A stretch of DNA of 64,000 bases from an uncultured delta proteobacterium. GTDB taxonomy: Bacteria; Desulfobacterota; Binatia; UBA9968. How positions within the stretch are numbered: position 1 is the stretch's first letter; every line of letters begins with the position of its first letter. Positions 18,542 to 27,413 of the stretch are shown piece after piece. The stretch covers positions 64,001-128,000 of the forward strand of contig CAVYTU010000013.1 in the NCBI GenBank assembly GCA_963771465.1, read 5' to 3'. Position numbers and translations under genes: made by a program. The notes under the pieces are model-generated. The model was not told the origin of the DNA and did not search any database. It saw only the letters and a program-made list of their open reading frames with translations.

Positions 18542-19894
18542 ATGGGAAGTGTGACCATTGCCAATGCGCTAATCATTCCCATGACGGCAGATCGTCGTTC
18601 GTTCAACGGCTATGTGCGGACGGGCGACGGTGCGATCACTGCCGTCGCCAGCGGCGCACCGCCGCAAAGTGCCGAGGACAACGAGACGATCGATGCGTCT
18701 GGTTGTGTGCTGATGCCCGGCCTGATCAACGCGCATACCCATCTTTATCAAGTTTTGCTGCGCGCGGTGTGGGAAGACTTAGAGCTCATGCCCTGGCTGA
18801 AACGGATCTACGGCTGCGCTCGTGTTTTGACGCCGGAGCATTTTTATCAGGGCAGTCTACTCGGCTGTGTCGAGACGATTCGTAGCGGTGTGACGACGGT
18901 GTGCGAGCATAATTTTCTCAATCCCAGTCCGGAGTGCGCGTTGGAATCCGTTCGGGCGATCCAAGAATCCCGTTTGCGCGCGGTGTTTGCGCGCACGGTC
19001 ATGGACACCGGCGAGATCGTGCCGGACTGTACCAAAGAAAAACCCGAGCAGGCGTTTCAGCGTATCGACACCATGCTCGCCAAACACAAAAATAATCCAC
19101 GGCTGACTTTCATGACGGGTCCGAATACACCGCCGATCAACACGACGCCTGACTTGCTCAGGGAAGTGCGCCGTTTTGCCGACGATAAGTCGATCGGCAT
19201 CAGCGCCCACGTGGCCGAGTCGAAATCGGTGGTCGATGCGGTAAGAAAACAACATGGCGCCGACGGCGTCGTCGAATTTCTGCACCGGTTCGGCATTCCG
19301 GCCAAGAACTCGATCTTCGCTCACTCGGTCCATGTATCGGCGGAGGAAATTCAAATTCTCCGAGAAACCGGTACTTCGGTGTCGCACAATCCGGTGAGCA
19401 ACATGATGCTCGGCGACGGCGTGGCGCCGGTGGTGGAGATGCTGCGCCAAGGCGTCAATGTCGGTCTTGGCACCGACGGCGCGGCGAGTAATCACTCGCA
19501 GGATCTCTTCGACACGATGAAGGCGGCATCGCTGTTGCAGAAAGTGCATCATCACAACGCCGGCGTGATCAAGCCCTATGACATTCTACGCATGGCGACG
19601 ATTGGCGGCGCGCGGGCGCTCGGGCTCGATGCCATTTGCGGTACCATCGAAGTTGGCAAGCGGGCCGATTTGATTCTAGTTAATCTCGACACGGTTCATA
19701 ACCAGCCGGTAAACGACATTTTCAGCCAGATCGTTCACTGCGCCAAAGCGAGCGACGTGCAGACGGTGATCGTCGACGGCGAGATCGTGATGCGCGATCG
19801 CCGGTTGACCAAGCTCGATGACGGCAAGATACTTGCCGATGGGAAAATTGCCAATCGCGATCTGATGGAGCGAGTGAGCCGGCTGTCGTTCTAG
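18542..19894 (+). CDS. Amidohydrolase of the MTA/SAH deaminase-chlorohydrolase family
   Basis: MPGLINAHTH, HVAES, AHSVH, HNPVSN, LGTDGAASN, G.IEVGKRADL. Confidence 0.92.
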   Translation: MGSVTIANALIIPMTADRRSFNGYVRTGDGAITAVASGAPPQSAEDNETIDASGCVLMPGLINAHTHLYQVLLRAVWEDLELMPWLKRIYGCARVLTPEHFYQGSLLGCVETIRSGVTTVCEHNFLNPSPECALESVRAIQESRLRAVFARTVMDTGEIVPDCTKEKPEQAFQRIDTMLAKHKNNPRLTFMTGPNTPPINTTPDLLREVRRFADDKSIGISAHVAESKSVVDAVRKQHGADGVVEFLHRFGIPAKNSIFAHSVHVSAEEIQILRETGTSVSHNPVSNMMLGDGVAPVVEMLRQGVNVGLGTDGAASNHSQDLFDTMKAASLLQKVHHHNAGVIKPYDILRMATIGGARALGLDAICGTIEVGKRADLILVNLDTVHNQPVNDIFSQIVHCAKASDVQTVIVDGEIVMRDRRLTKLDDGKILADGKIANRDLMERVSRLSF

Positions 19895-20042
19895 CCTGTG
19901 CACTGCGACTGCTGATAGCAGTTTTCAATCAACTCTGATGACGAGGATCGGTGGGAAAGATTTCTCAGTCGCTTCGCTTCTTCGAAATGACGGATAAAGC
20001 CTGCTTGTCATTTCGACCTTTGGGAGAAATCTTTTTCCGGCC

Positions 20043-20909
20043 ATGATCTACTTGCTCCTCGCCATCCTCGGCTCTGGCGTCATTCCGGTTGTTTTTCGCG
20101 CTTTCGGAGGTTGGCGCGTCAATCTGTTTTGGGCCATTCCGATCAACTACGTTGTTTGCGTGGCGATTGGAAACTTTCTCGCAAAAAATTCTCTCGATAT
20201 TCCAACCTTGGCTTCGCAGCCATGGATCGGTTTGGCGGCGCTTCAGGGAATGCTCCTGGCGGTGAATTTTTTCTTGCTGGCGCACACAGCGCAGCGCGCC
20301 GGCGTGGCGATCGCCGCGCTGGCGAGTCGCTTGTCCGTGGCGATTCCGTCGTTGCTCGCGTTCGTGCTTTATGACGACACGCTGACGCCGGTAAAAATTG
20401 CCGGGCTCGTGGCCGCGTTGGTCGCATTGTATTTATGCACCGCGCCGGATCGAGGCAGCGGCGGACTTAGCTCGCGCTTATTTCATTTTCTGCCGATTTT
20501 GGTGTTCGCCACCTTCGGCTGCTATTTCACGATTCTAAAATACTTGCAGAGTTACTATCTCAATCCGTCCAACTATCACGCCTATGTCATGTCCGGATTC
20601 GTCTTTGCGTTTATTTCGAGCGTCGTAATCGGCGTCGGCAAGCGCGTGTTCTCGACCGCGGACTTTCAAATTGGCAACCTTCTGGCTGGCATCGGTCTGG
20701 GCTGCATCAATTACCTCGCAGTCTACGCGCTGCTCAGAGTGCTGGCGTTGCAAGGTTGGGAAAGCTCCCAGCTCTATCCGATTTATAGCGTCGGCGTCGT
20801 TGCGGTGAGCACGGTTTTGGCGTTTCTCTGTTTTCGCGAAAAATTATCAGCCCAGAAAACCATCGGCTTAGCCGTCGGTCTCGTCGCCGTGGCGCTACTC
20901 AATCGATGA
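20043..20909 (+). CDS. DMT/EamA superfamily transporter
   Basis: About 10 hydrophobic segments in two repeats; C-terminal FREKLS..K.IG motif. Confidence 0.85.
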   Translation: MIYLLLAILGSGVIPVVFRAFGGWRVNLFWAIPINYVVCVAIGNFLAKNSLDIPTLASQPWIGLAALQGMLLAVNFFLLAHTAQRAGVAIAALASRLSVAIPSLLAFVLYDDTLTPVKIAGLVAALVALYLCTAPDRGSGGLSSRLFHFLPILVFATFGCYFTILKYLQSYYLNPSNYHAYVMSGFVFAFISSVVIGVGKRVFSTADFQIGNLLAGIGLGCINYLAVYALLRVLALQGWESSQLYPIYSVGVVAVSTVLAFLCFREKLSAQKTIGLAVGLVAVALLNR

Positions 20910-20962
20910 TTCTGCTCGGTCAGAACTGGGCAGATAAAACTTCAGTAACTCACCGTTCCCAG

Positions 20963-22501
20963 TTACGCGATCTTCATATCCCAGCCGAGCACTTTCTCAT
21001 CGGGGCGCATCTTCCATTGCAGATTTTTTGCCGCGCCGTAGATAGTCGCGAGATTGTAGAGCGGCACGTACGGCGCGTCGTCCATAAGAATCTTGCCGGC
21101 TTGCTGTAGCAGCGCGATGCGTTTTTTGTTATCGGGGATTTGTTGCTCTTCGTCGATCAACTTGTCGAACGCCGGATTGCTGTAATTGCAGCGCTTGGTC
21201 GTGCCGGTGCGAAAATATTGATCGTAAAAAGTGTCGGCGTCGGTGAGCGAGCCGCGATTGTTATAATAAAAAGGCAGCTTGCCGCCGTTGACTCCGTCGG
21301 GACCCCAGAAGAGCGCCCATTCCTGCGAAATCAGTTCCACTCGAAAGCCGCCTTTGACCATCTGCGCGGCGATGACTTGGCAGACTTCGCGGTCTTTCGG
21401 ATAACGGCCGGCGGAGTAGTAAAGCTGCACGTCGCAGCCGTTGGCGTAGCCGGCCTGCGCCAAGAGTTCTTTCGCCTTCTGTGGATTGTACGGATAGCGT
21501 TTCAGTTTTGGATCGGTGCCGACGACCTGCGCGCCGACCGGTCCGGGAGTCGGATAGCCGAGACCGTCAAAGATATTTTTGATCAACGCCGTAGCATCGA
21601 CACTGTAATTCACCGCCTGGCGCACCAGCTTATTATCGAAAGGCTTGTAAGCGACGTTCATCATCAGAAAATACATTTCCAAGCCTTCGATCTTGTCGAC
21701 TCTGACGCGCGGATGCCGCTCGAGGCGCGCGACTTCATGGACCGGCACGTCGTTGATGAAATCCGTCTGACCGGATTCCAACGCGGCGAGTCGGGCGCCG
21801 TCTTCGATAACCTTGCGAAAGACGATTTCTTTGATCGCCGCTTTGCCACCCCAATAATCATCGTTGCGCGTGAATACGAGATTGCCGCCGCGTTGAAAAC
21901 TGACGAATTTGTAAGGGCCGGTGCCGGTGGGGTGTTCGAGCCATTGATCGCCATACTTTTCGCCGGCGACTTTGCTAACGATGAAACGGTTGCGCAGGCG
22001 ATCCAAGAAGATCGCCAGAGGTTGTTTAGTGACGAAGATGACTGTTTGATCGTCGGGTGTCTGGATCTCAGTCACATCTTTGAAATTGGACGCTTGCAAG
22101 CTGCCGCCTTTTTCGTCGCGCATTTTTTCCACCGAGTAGGCGACGTCTTTTGAAGTGAGCGGCGCGCCGTTGTGGAATCTTATTCCTTTTCTTAGCTTGA
22201 ACGCCCAGCGCGTTCCTTGGAATTGCCACGACTCGGCGAGGACACCGACCCAGTCCTTCTTCTTGTAATCGAGCTCGACCAGCGGCTCGAAGACATGTTG
22301 CCAATTACCGTAAATCGAACCGGAGCTTTGTTTGTAGAGATGGATCGAGTCGGCGACGGTGTTGTGATAGATGGTCACGCGGTCGCGCGACGCAGCTAAG
22401 GCATCGCGCGAAATGTGTGGCGTAATCAGCGCGCCGACGCCGACCGCGGCGCTCTGTTTCAAGAATTCGCGACGGCTGAATGATAACCTGCTTTTCGCCA
22501 T
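20963..22501 (-). CDS. Family 5 (peptide/nickel) ABC substrate-binding protein with Tat signal
   Basis: SRREFLK twin-arginine motif, LAESW, LRKGIRFHNG, GTGPYKF, VRQAVNY; GGAGG RBS before MAKS. Confidence 0.93.
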   Translation of the reverse strand: MAKSRLSFSRREFLKQSAAVGVGALITPHISRDALAASRDRVTIYHNTVADSIHLYKQSSGSIYGNWQHVFEPLVELDYKKKDWVGVLAESWQFQGTRWAFKLRKGIRFHNGAPLTSKDVAYSVEKMRDEKGGSLQASNFKDVTEIQTPDDQTVIFVTKQPLAIFLDRLRNRFIVSKVAGEKYGDQWLEHPTGTGPYKFVSFQRGGNLVFTRNDDYWGGKAAIKEIVFRKVIEDGARLAALESGQTDFINDVPVHEVARLERHPRVRVDKIEGLEMYFLMMNVAYKPFDNKLVRQAVNYSVDATALIKNIFDGLGYPTPGPVGAQVVGTDPKLKRYPYNPQKAKELLAQAGYANGCDVQLYYSAGRYPKDREVCQVIAAQMVKGGFRVELISQEWALFWGPDGVNGGKLPFYYNNRGSLTDADTFYDQYFRTGTTKRCNYSNPAFDKLIDEEQQIPDNKKRIALLQQAGKILMDDAPYVPLYNLATIYGAAKNLQWKMRPDEKVLGWDMKIA

Positions 22502-22528
22502 GTGTTCCTCCATGATGAGAACTTTCTT

Positions 22529-23944
22529 TCATGCACACGCGATCGCCGGGCGGCGGGTGTGCCAGTCGGTTGCGCTCTGATAGGCCGCGGAAGCGTTCAG
22601 CACCGTTTGATCGGCAAACCACGCGCCGATCAGTTGCATGCCGATCGGCAGGCCTTCGGGATTGATTCCACAAGGCAGCGAACAACCGGGCAAGCCGAGC
22701 ATGCTGGGGAAGCGCAAGAGATTGGACTGATTATAACTCGCGTGCCGGGCGTCGTCGCCGTTGCCTTTTACGCCTTCGGACAACGGTGGCGCGACTCGTG
22801 CTGTCGTCGGTGCAGCGATGATGTCGATTTTTTCATAAGTCGATCGGAGCGCTTCGCGAATACGCTGACGCGCGCGCTGGGCGGTCAGATATTCCGATGC
22901 GGTGATCGCCATGCCCACGGCTAAGCCGCGCGCCACATGCGGCACGAAGTCATGATAGCGCTCGCGAAACCAGCGGCGATTTATCCCGGCGCTTTCGGCC
23001 GAACTGGTCAGCATCGAGGTCATCGCCGCGTAGCTCAACTCTGGCACGTCGACATCGACGATCTCACTGCCTTGGCTGGCTAGGACTTTGAGTGCCGCGT
23101 CGAACGCAGCCCGCACTTCGGCGTCCACGCCATCGAGAAATTTCCTGAGCACGCCGACTCGCTTTTTTGCGTTCGCATCCAGCCGCGACGTGTACGCCGG
23201 AGTGTCTTGATGCACGCTGGCCGGGTCGCGGGGATCGAAACCTGCGGCCAGGTCGAGTCCGAGCGCGATATCTTTCACAGCGCGGGCAAAAAGGCCGACA
23301 TGATCTTGGCTCCAGGCACCGCGAAAGGAACCGTGCCGGCTGATGATGCCAAAGGTCGGTTTGAAGCCGACGATGCCGCAGTAGGAGGCTGGACGGCGAA
23401 CGGATGAACCGGTTTCGGTGCCGTAGGAGATTGGACCGATTCCGCTCGCCACGGCAGCCGCCGAGCCGCCGCTCGAACCGCCGGCGATTCGGTCAAGATG
23501 CCACGGATTGTGCACTGGACCGAAGTGCGAGAGTGTCGAGGTGCCGCCATGGCCAAATTCATCGAGATTAGTTTTTCCGATGATGATGGCGCCGCCAGCG
23601 TGAAGCCGTTCCACGAGGGTCGAGTCCGTGTCGGGAATCCAGTCTTGCAAAATTTTCGACCCGCCTGTGGTGCGCACGCCCTTCGTGTTGAACATGTCTT
23701 TGATCGTCACCGGCACGCCGTGCAGGGCGCCGCGATAATTGCCGCGGCCGATTTCTTCATCGGCTTTTTTCGCTTCAGCGCGCGCTTGCTCGCCGAGCAC
23801 GGTGATGAAAGCGTTGAGCTTTCCTTCGAGCCGTTCCAGTTGGGTCAATGCGGCGGTCACGGCTTCCGCTGACGAGAGCTGGCGGCCGGCGATCAGCCAG
23901 GAGAGATCGTTGAGGGACAATTCGAAAATTTCGTTGGGCGCCAC
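22529..23944 (-). CDS. Amidase signature family enzyme (GatA/AtzE-like)
   Basis: LHGVPVTIKD, GKTNLDEF, GGSSGGS, GTETGSSVRRPAS; probable GTG start just after the upstream small ORF. Confidence 0.92.
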   Translation of the reverse strand: MAPNEIFELSLNDLSWLIAGRQLSSAEAVTAALTQLERLEGKLNAFITVLGEQARAEAKKADEEIGRGNYRGALHGVPVTIKDMFNTKGVRTTGGSKILQDWIPDTDSTLVERLHAGGAIIIGKTNLDEFGHGGTSTLSHFGPVHNPWHLDRIAGGSSGGSAAAVASGIGPISYGTETGSSVRRPASYCGIVGFKPTFGIISRHGSFRGAWSQDHVGLFARAVKDIALGLDLAAGFDPRDPASVHQDTPAYTSRLDANAKKRVGVLRKFLDGVDAEVRAAFDAALKVLASQGSEIVDVDVPELSYAAMTSMLTSSAESAGINRRWFRERYHDFVPHVARGLAVGMAITASEYLTAQRARQRIREALRSTYEKIDIIAAPTTARVAPPLSEGVKGNGDDARHASYNQSNLLRFPSMLGLPGCSLPCGINPEGLPIGMQLIGAWFADQTVLNASAAYQSATDWHTRRPAIACA

Positions 23945-23946
23945 GG

Positions 23947-24135
23947 TTACGCCTTTTTTCCCGCCGGTTGTGTTTGCAGCGAAATCCACGGCGTGTCTTT
24001 AGCGAACTCTTCCAGCTCAGCGACGACTCGCAGGTTGTCTTCGATCTCTTTGGCGATCGTTTCGAGATCGGCGGGCGCAATTGTCACACCTTCTAGCAAT
24101 GCCAATCGGTGTGCGAGATTATCTTGATCCTTCAT
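23947..24135 (-). CDS. Small GatC/AtzG-like amidase partner protein
   Basis: 62-aa acidic helical ORF with a TAAGGAGA RBS, ending 2 nt before the amidase start. Confidence 0.65.
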   Translation of the reverse strand: MKDQDNLAHRLALLEGVTIAPADLETIAKEIEDNLRVVAELEEFAKDTPWISLQTQPAGKKA

Positions 24136-24184
24136 GCGGATCTCCTTACGCGTCGTGTCGAGTGACTGAGTTTAACACCTTCAG

Positions 24185-25198
24185 TTAGGCGCCATTGCCG
24201 GCGACTGCCGTCAGCGCCGGAAGAACTTCGCCCAAGAAAATGCCGAACTGTTCGTTCAGATCGTCGCCGATCGGGCGAATCGCGACATGGTCGACGCCGG
24301 CTTCGATAAAGCGACTCACGCAGTCAACGCAATGTTCTACAGATCCGCAGGCAGTCCAGATTTCCACGCCCTCGCGGGTAAAATCTTTTTGGTAATAAGC
24401 ATCGAGAAAGGTTTTCGCTTCGCGAAACGCTTGATCACGATCGCGGTTGACGGCAACGCCGTAGTACAGAACCGTCTTGAATGCATTTGGATCACGCCCT
24501 TCTTCAATCAACATCTGTCGCAATCGCGGCAGATAATCTTGAAACATGGCGAGCTCGATCTGATTGGTCATCCAGCCGTCGGCGTAGCGAGCGATGCGCC
24601 GTAGCGAGCGTTCGACGCCGCGCGCGCCGATCTGCGCTGGCCGCGGCGTTCCGGCGATGTAGATAGGGCAGGGTTTTTGCGCCGGCTTGGGCAACAGATC
24701 CACATCGTCAAAAGAATAATACTTGCCGTGAAAGGTGGCGTGCTCGTCGGTCCAAAGAACGCGCAGGGCTTGCAGCATCTCTTCCAACCGTCCCGGGCGC
24801 TCTTTGCTTTGGACGCCCATCACTTCGAGCTCCTTGGCCGCCATCGGATGTTGGCTCGCCGGATAACCCATGCACGCCGCCAACCAAGTGCGGCCGCCCG
24901 AGAGCACGTCGAGACTCGCCCACTGCAACGCGAGCAGCACAGGATTGCGTTGCGCGATGGTCGCCATGCACGCGACGCCCAGCTTAACCCGCGAAGTGTG
25001 CGCCGCGATGGCGCCCAACAGCGGGATGCATTCCAAGCGCGGCTTGCTCAAGATGCTGTCGCCGACCCAGATCGCGTCGATAAAGCCGCTGTTCTCAGCC
25101 GCCGCCGCCATGTCGATCAGTTCGCGCGCCGGCGTGCCCTTGGTCACCAGCGCTCGGTTAGACAAGGTGAGACCGAAAGTAGTTTTTCTTTCCGCCAT
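24185..25198 (-). CDS. LLM-class flavin-dependent oxidoreductase
   Basis: FGLTL, IWVGDS, VKLGVAC, LDVLSGGR, PIYIAG, ADGW motifs. Confidence 0.9.
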   Translation of the reverse strand: MAERKTTFGLTLSNRALVTKGTPARELIDMAAAAENSGFIDAIWVGDSILSKPRLECIPLLGAIAAHTSRVKLGVACMATIAQRNPVLLALQWASLDVLSGGRTWLAACMGYPASQHPMAAKELEVMGVQSKERPGRLEEMLQALRVLWTDEHATFHGKYYSFDDVDLLPKPAQKPCPIYIAGTPRPAQIGARGVERSLRRIARYADGWMTNQIELAMFQDYLPRLRQMLIEEGRDPNAFKTVLYYGVAVNRDRDQAFREAKTFLDAYYQKDFTREGVEIWTACGSVEHCVDCVSRFIEAGVDHVAIRPIGDDLNEQFGIFLGEVLPALTAVAGNGA

Positions 25199-25466
25199 GC
25201 CGGCGAGCATAGGACGAGGGCGCGAAGGTTTTCAAGCGTGGGATAAATTAATCCACATTTAAGTCGAGTGCGCGACATCGTGCGCGAGGCGATCAGATTA
25301 TTGTCTTGAACTAACCGCAACACGCGTCACGCCGGCCAGATCGAATATCTGCGCGGCTTCGTTAAATTCAATGATTGGTTTCTGGGGGCGGAGAAGTGAA
25401 GTTGAATATGCTTTTCGCGGCTGGTCGGAAGGTCAGTGGTTCAATCGATAGAATGGCCTTCGACAG

Positions 25467-25535
25467 GTTTAACGCAAAACTAACCGGCGCGTGCTAGCTC
25501 GCTGGCACCTGTCCGGGTTGAGCACGTAGTTAGCC
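25467..25535 (-). other. Integron attC recombination site (69 bp)
   Basis: Minus strand: GGCTAAC (R'') TACGTG CTCAACCC (L'') GGAC-AGGTGCCAGCGAGCTAGCACGC-GCC GGTTAG (L') TTTTGC GTTAAAC (R', GTTRRRY). The ORF stop TAA lies inside R''. Confidence 0.8.
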
Positions 25536-25881
25536 GCCACCGACACCCCCATTGCGGACTGTTGAGCCCTTGAATTCCTTATCGGCGAGACAGCTTTTGA
25601 TGGTGTCCTGTCTGTGCTTACGAGAAATGGCCAACTGGCACATTGTCTTCTTGTAGTATAACTTTGCCTCGCAATCGCTCATGAACACTCTTGCGAGCTC
25701 TACGTTGATGCAGGAACTCGCTGCGATCTCGTCATCGGTCGCCAATTTGGACATGCAGTAGTCCGCGACCCAGTGAATTTTCGTTCCCGCGACAGAGCAT
25801 TCGCGCGTTTGGGCGAATACGGGAGTGGCTGCAGTTATCGCGGCCAGGAGAAGGAGTTGGAGCGGTAATCGCATGGGCTAA
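25473..25881 (-). mobile_element. Solitary integron gene cassette (no intI in the window)
   Basis: Begins G|TTAGCC one base before the ATG; this is the exact complement of R'' GGCTAAC. Contains one ORF and ends in the attC at G|TTAAAC. Confidence 0.8.
25530..25874 (-). CDS. Hypothetical secreted Cys-rich protein (cassette cargo)
   Basis: 114 aa, signal peptide ending VFA-Q, six Cys in the mature part; fills the cassette exactly. Confidence 0.8.
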   Translation of the reverse strand: MRLPLQLLLLAAITAATPVFAQTRECSVAGTKIHWVADYCMSKLATDDEIAASSCINVELARVFMSDCEAKLYYKKTMCQLAISRKHRQDTIKSCLADKEFKGSTVRNGGVGGG

Positions 25882-25976
25882 CCAATAATATACGGTCCAA
25901 TATTTGCCGATATTAAACCGAGCGTTCCTTCTCAAACTAAAAACAACCGCGGCGACAGGAAACCATATTTCCTACA

Positions 25977-27011
25977 TTAAAGTTGCACGCCTTTCTTCAA
26001 CGACTCGGCCAGCTCACGCAGATATTCGTCTTGCTCCTTGGGCGTGTACAACGCCAGCGAGCCGTCGGCGTTTTTCGGGATGCCGCCGATGAAGTGGAAG
26101 GCGTGGCCGTCCCAGTCGTAGAACTCATCGCCGCGTTGATAGATTTCTTTCCATTTATATCCGACCGGGCTGCGATGCAGACCGGTGCGTGCGGGGAAGT
26201 TATCTTCCTTGTCGCGGGAGTCGTTGAGATGTTCCTTGGCACCGGCTTCTTCAGGCAGTCCTTCCCACATGCGTCGGTAGTTGGGCAAATACTCCTCGTC
26301 GCGCACGGTGAATGCCGTGTGCATGTCCCACCACGGGCTGTGGCCGGCGATGCGTTCGTCGAGCTGATCGGCTAGTTTATAGATTAGCCGCGCGCCACTA
26401 CGCATGCGTAAAACCAGCGTGCCTTCGGCCGTCTGAGCATTGCGCTCGGCTTCCATGCCGCAATACTTTTCGAAAAAGGCGGCGGTTCGGGCGAGATCGC
26501 GAGAGCCGTAAACGCAATGACTGATGCGGCCGACTTTCTCCGTGGTGTGGACTTCCATCGCGCCGTTCGGCATCTTTACGGGCGCCCAAAATTCATATTG
26601 ATTGCCGTCGGGATCGGCGAAGCAGACCACCGTGCCTTCTTCGCCGTCTGCCGCCGTCTTGATTGGCTCGGTATGCGGGATTTTGTGTTTGTCGAGCCTT
26701 TTTAAATGCGCGTCGATGTCCTCGGGCCGGATGTAAAAGCCGCAACGCGGCATGTCCTTGCCGAGTTCTTTCGCCTTAGGATAGTTTTCCGGTTGCAAGA
26801 ACGCGCCGATGCGGCACGACTCGTCGTCCCACCACATGAAGCAAAATATCGGCGTATTTTTTTTCCGCATGTTTGTCGTGAGTCCGTTGATCGGCCTGAT
26901 CGGCAAACCGGTCGCATGGAGCGCCCAATAGCTCCAGCCCGGCAAGTCGTTGGCGCCGACGACGTAATGATCGATCCAGTGAACTGCGCCTTTGGGTTCT
27001 ACATTTGCCAT
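25977..27011 (-). CDS. VOC (glyoxalase / extradiol dioxygenase-like) two-domain protein
   Basis: IDHYVV, FADPDGNQYEF, ISHCVY, HTAF, YDWDGHAFHF repeated VOC motifs; GGAGG RBS. Confidence 0.85.
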   Translation of the reverse strand: MANVEPKGAVHWIDHYVVGANDLPGWSYWALHATGLPIRPINGLTTNMRKKNTPIFCFMWWDDESCRIGAFLQPENYPKAKELGKDMPRCGFYIRPEDIDAHLKRLDKHKIPHTEPIKTAADGEEGTVVCFADPDGNQYEFWAPVKMPNGAMEVHTTEKVGRISHCVYGSRDLARTAAFFEKYCGMEAERNAQTAEGTLVLRMRSGARLIYKLADQLDERIAGHSPWWDMHTAFTVRDEEYLPNYRRMWEGLPEEAGAKEHLNDSRDKEDNFPARTGLHRSPVGYKWKEIYQRGDEFYDWDGHAFHFIGGIPKNADGSLALYTPKEQDEYLRELAESLKKGVQL

Positions 27012-27110
27012 AAGTGATCCTCCGATAAATTAGACGAGAAAAGTTAATTCATTATCGCGAGCGGTACCAAACTGGCGAAAGGGTGTCAAACTCATGTCGC
27101 GGAGTTTGAT
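27003..27110 (-). promoter_or_regulatory. Upstream region of the VOC gene, duplicated at 32389-32495
   Basis: Minus-strand TTGACA-N17-TACCGC, GGAGG RBS and ATGGCAAAT; inverted repeat TCAAACTC-N8-GAGTTTGA overlaps the -35 box. Confidence 0.65.
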
Positions 27111-27173
27111 CTCGTGCTCTGTGGGGCGGATTCCCGGCAGTTCGCTGCGTTAAGTTAATTCCGATTCCACAAT

Positions 27174-27195
27174 CCGTCATTCCCGCATGCTTTAA
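27174..27195. repeat. Truncated copy of the REP-like element
   Basis: CCGTCATTCCCGCATGCTTTAA, identical to the start of the 1015-1090 copy. Confidence 0.75.
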
Positions 27196-27413
27196 TTGCG
27201 CAGTGCGAAACGGCGGCTTCCGCGATTTGGTTCCTTTTATTTTAGTCGCTATTTATTACAGACTTTTTACGTGACCCGTATTGATCCGAGTTCTTTCCCG
27301 AGATACGGTTTACGAGACAGCTAAAAAGTAAGGTAGTGAAAGCGACCTCCGACGGCTCAAAATTTTATTGCGAAAATAGTTGATTTGAAACCCACAACAG
27401 GAAGGTTCCCGAC

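Noticed and set aside
25300-25370. Possible second attC downstream of the cassette (minus strand ATTTAAC...GCGGTTAGTTCAAG)
   Set aside because: No correctly spaced L'' box, no terminal GTTRRRY and no associated ORF.
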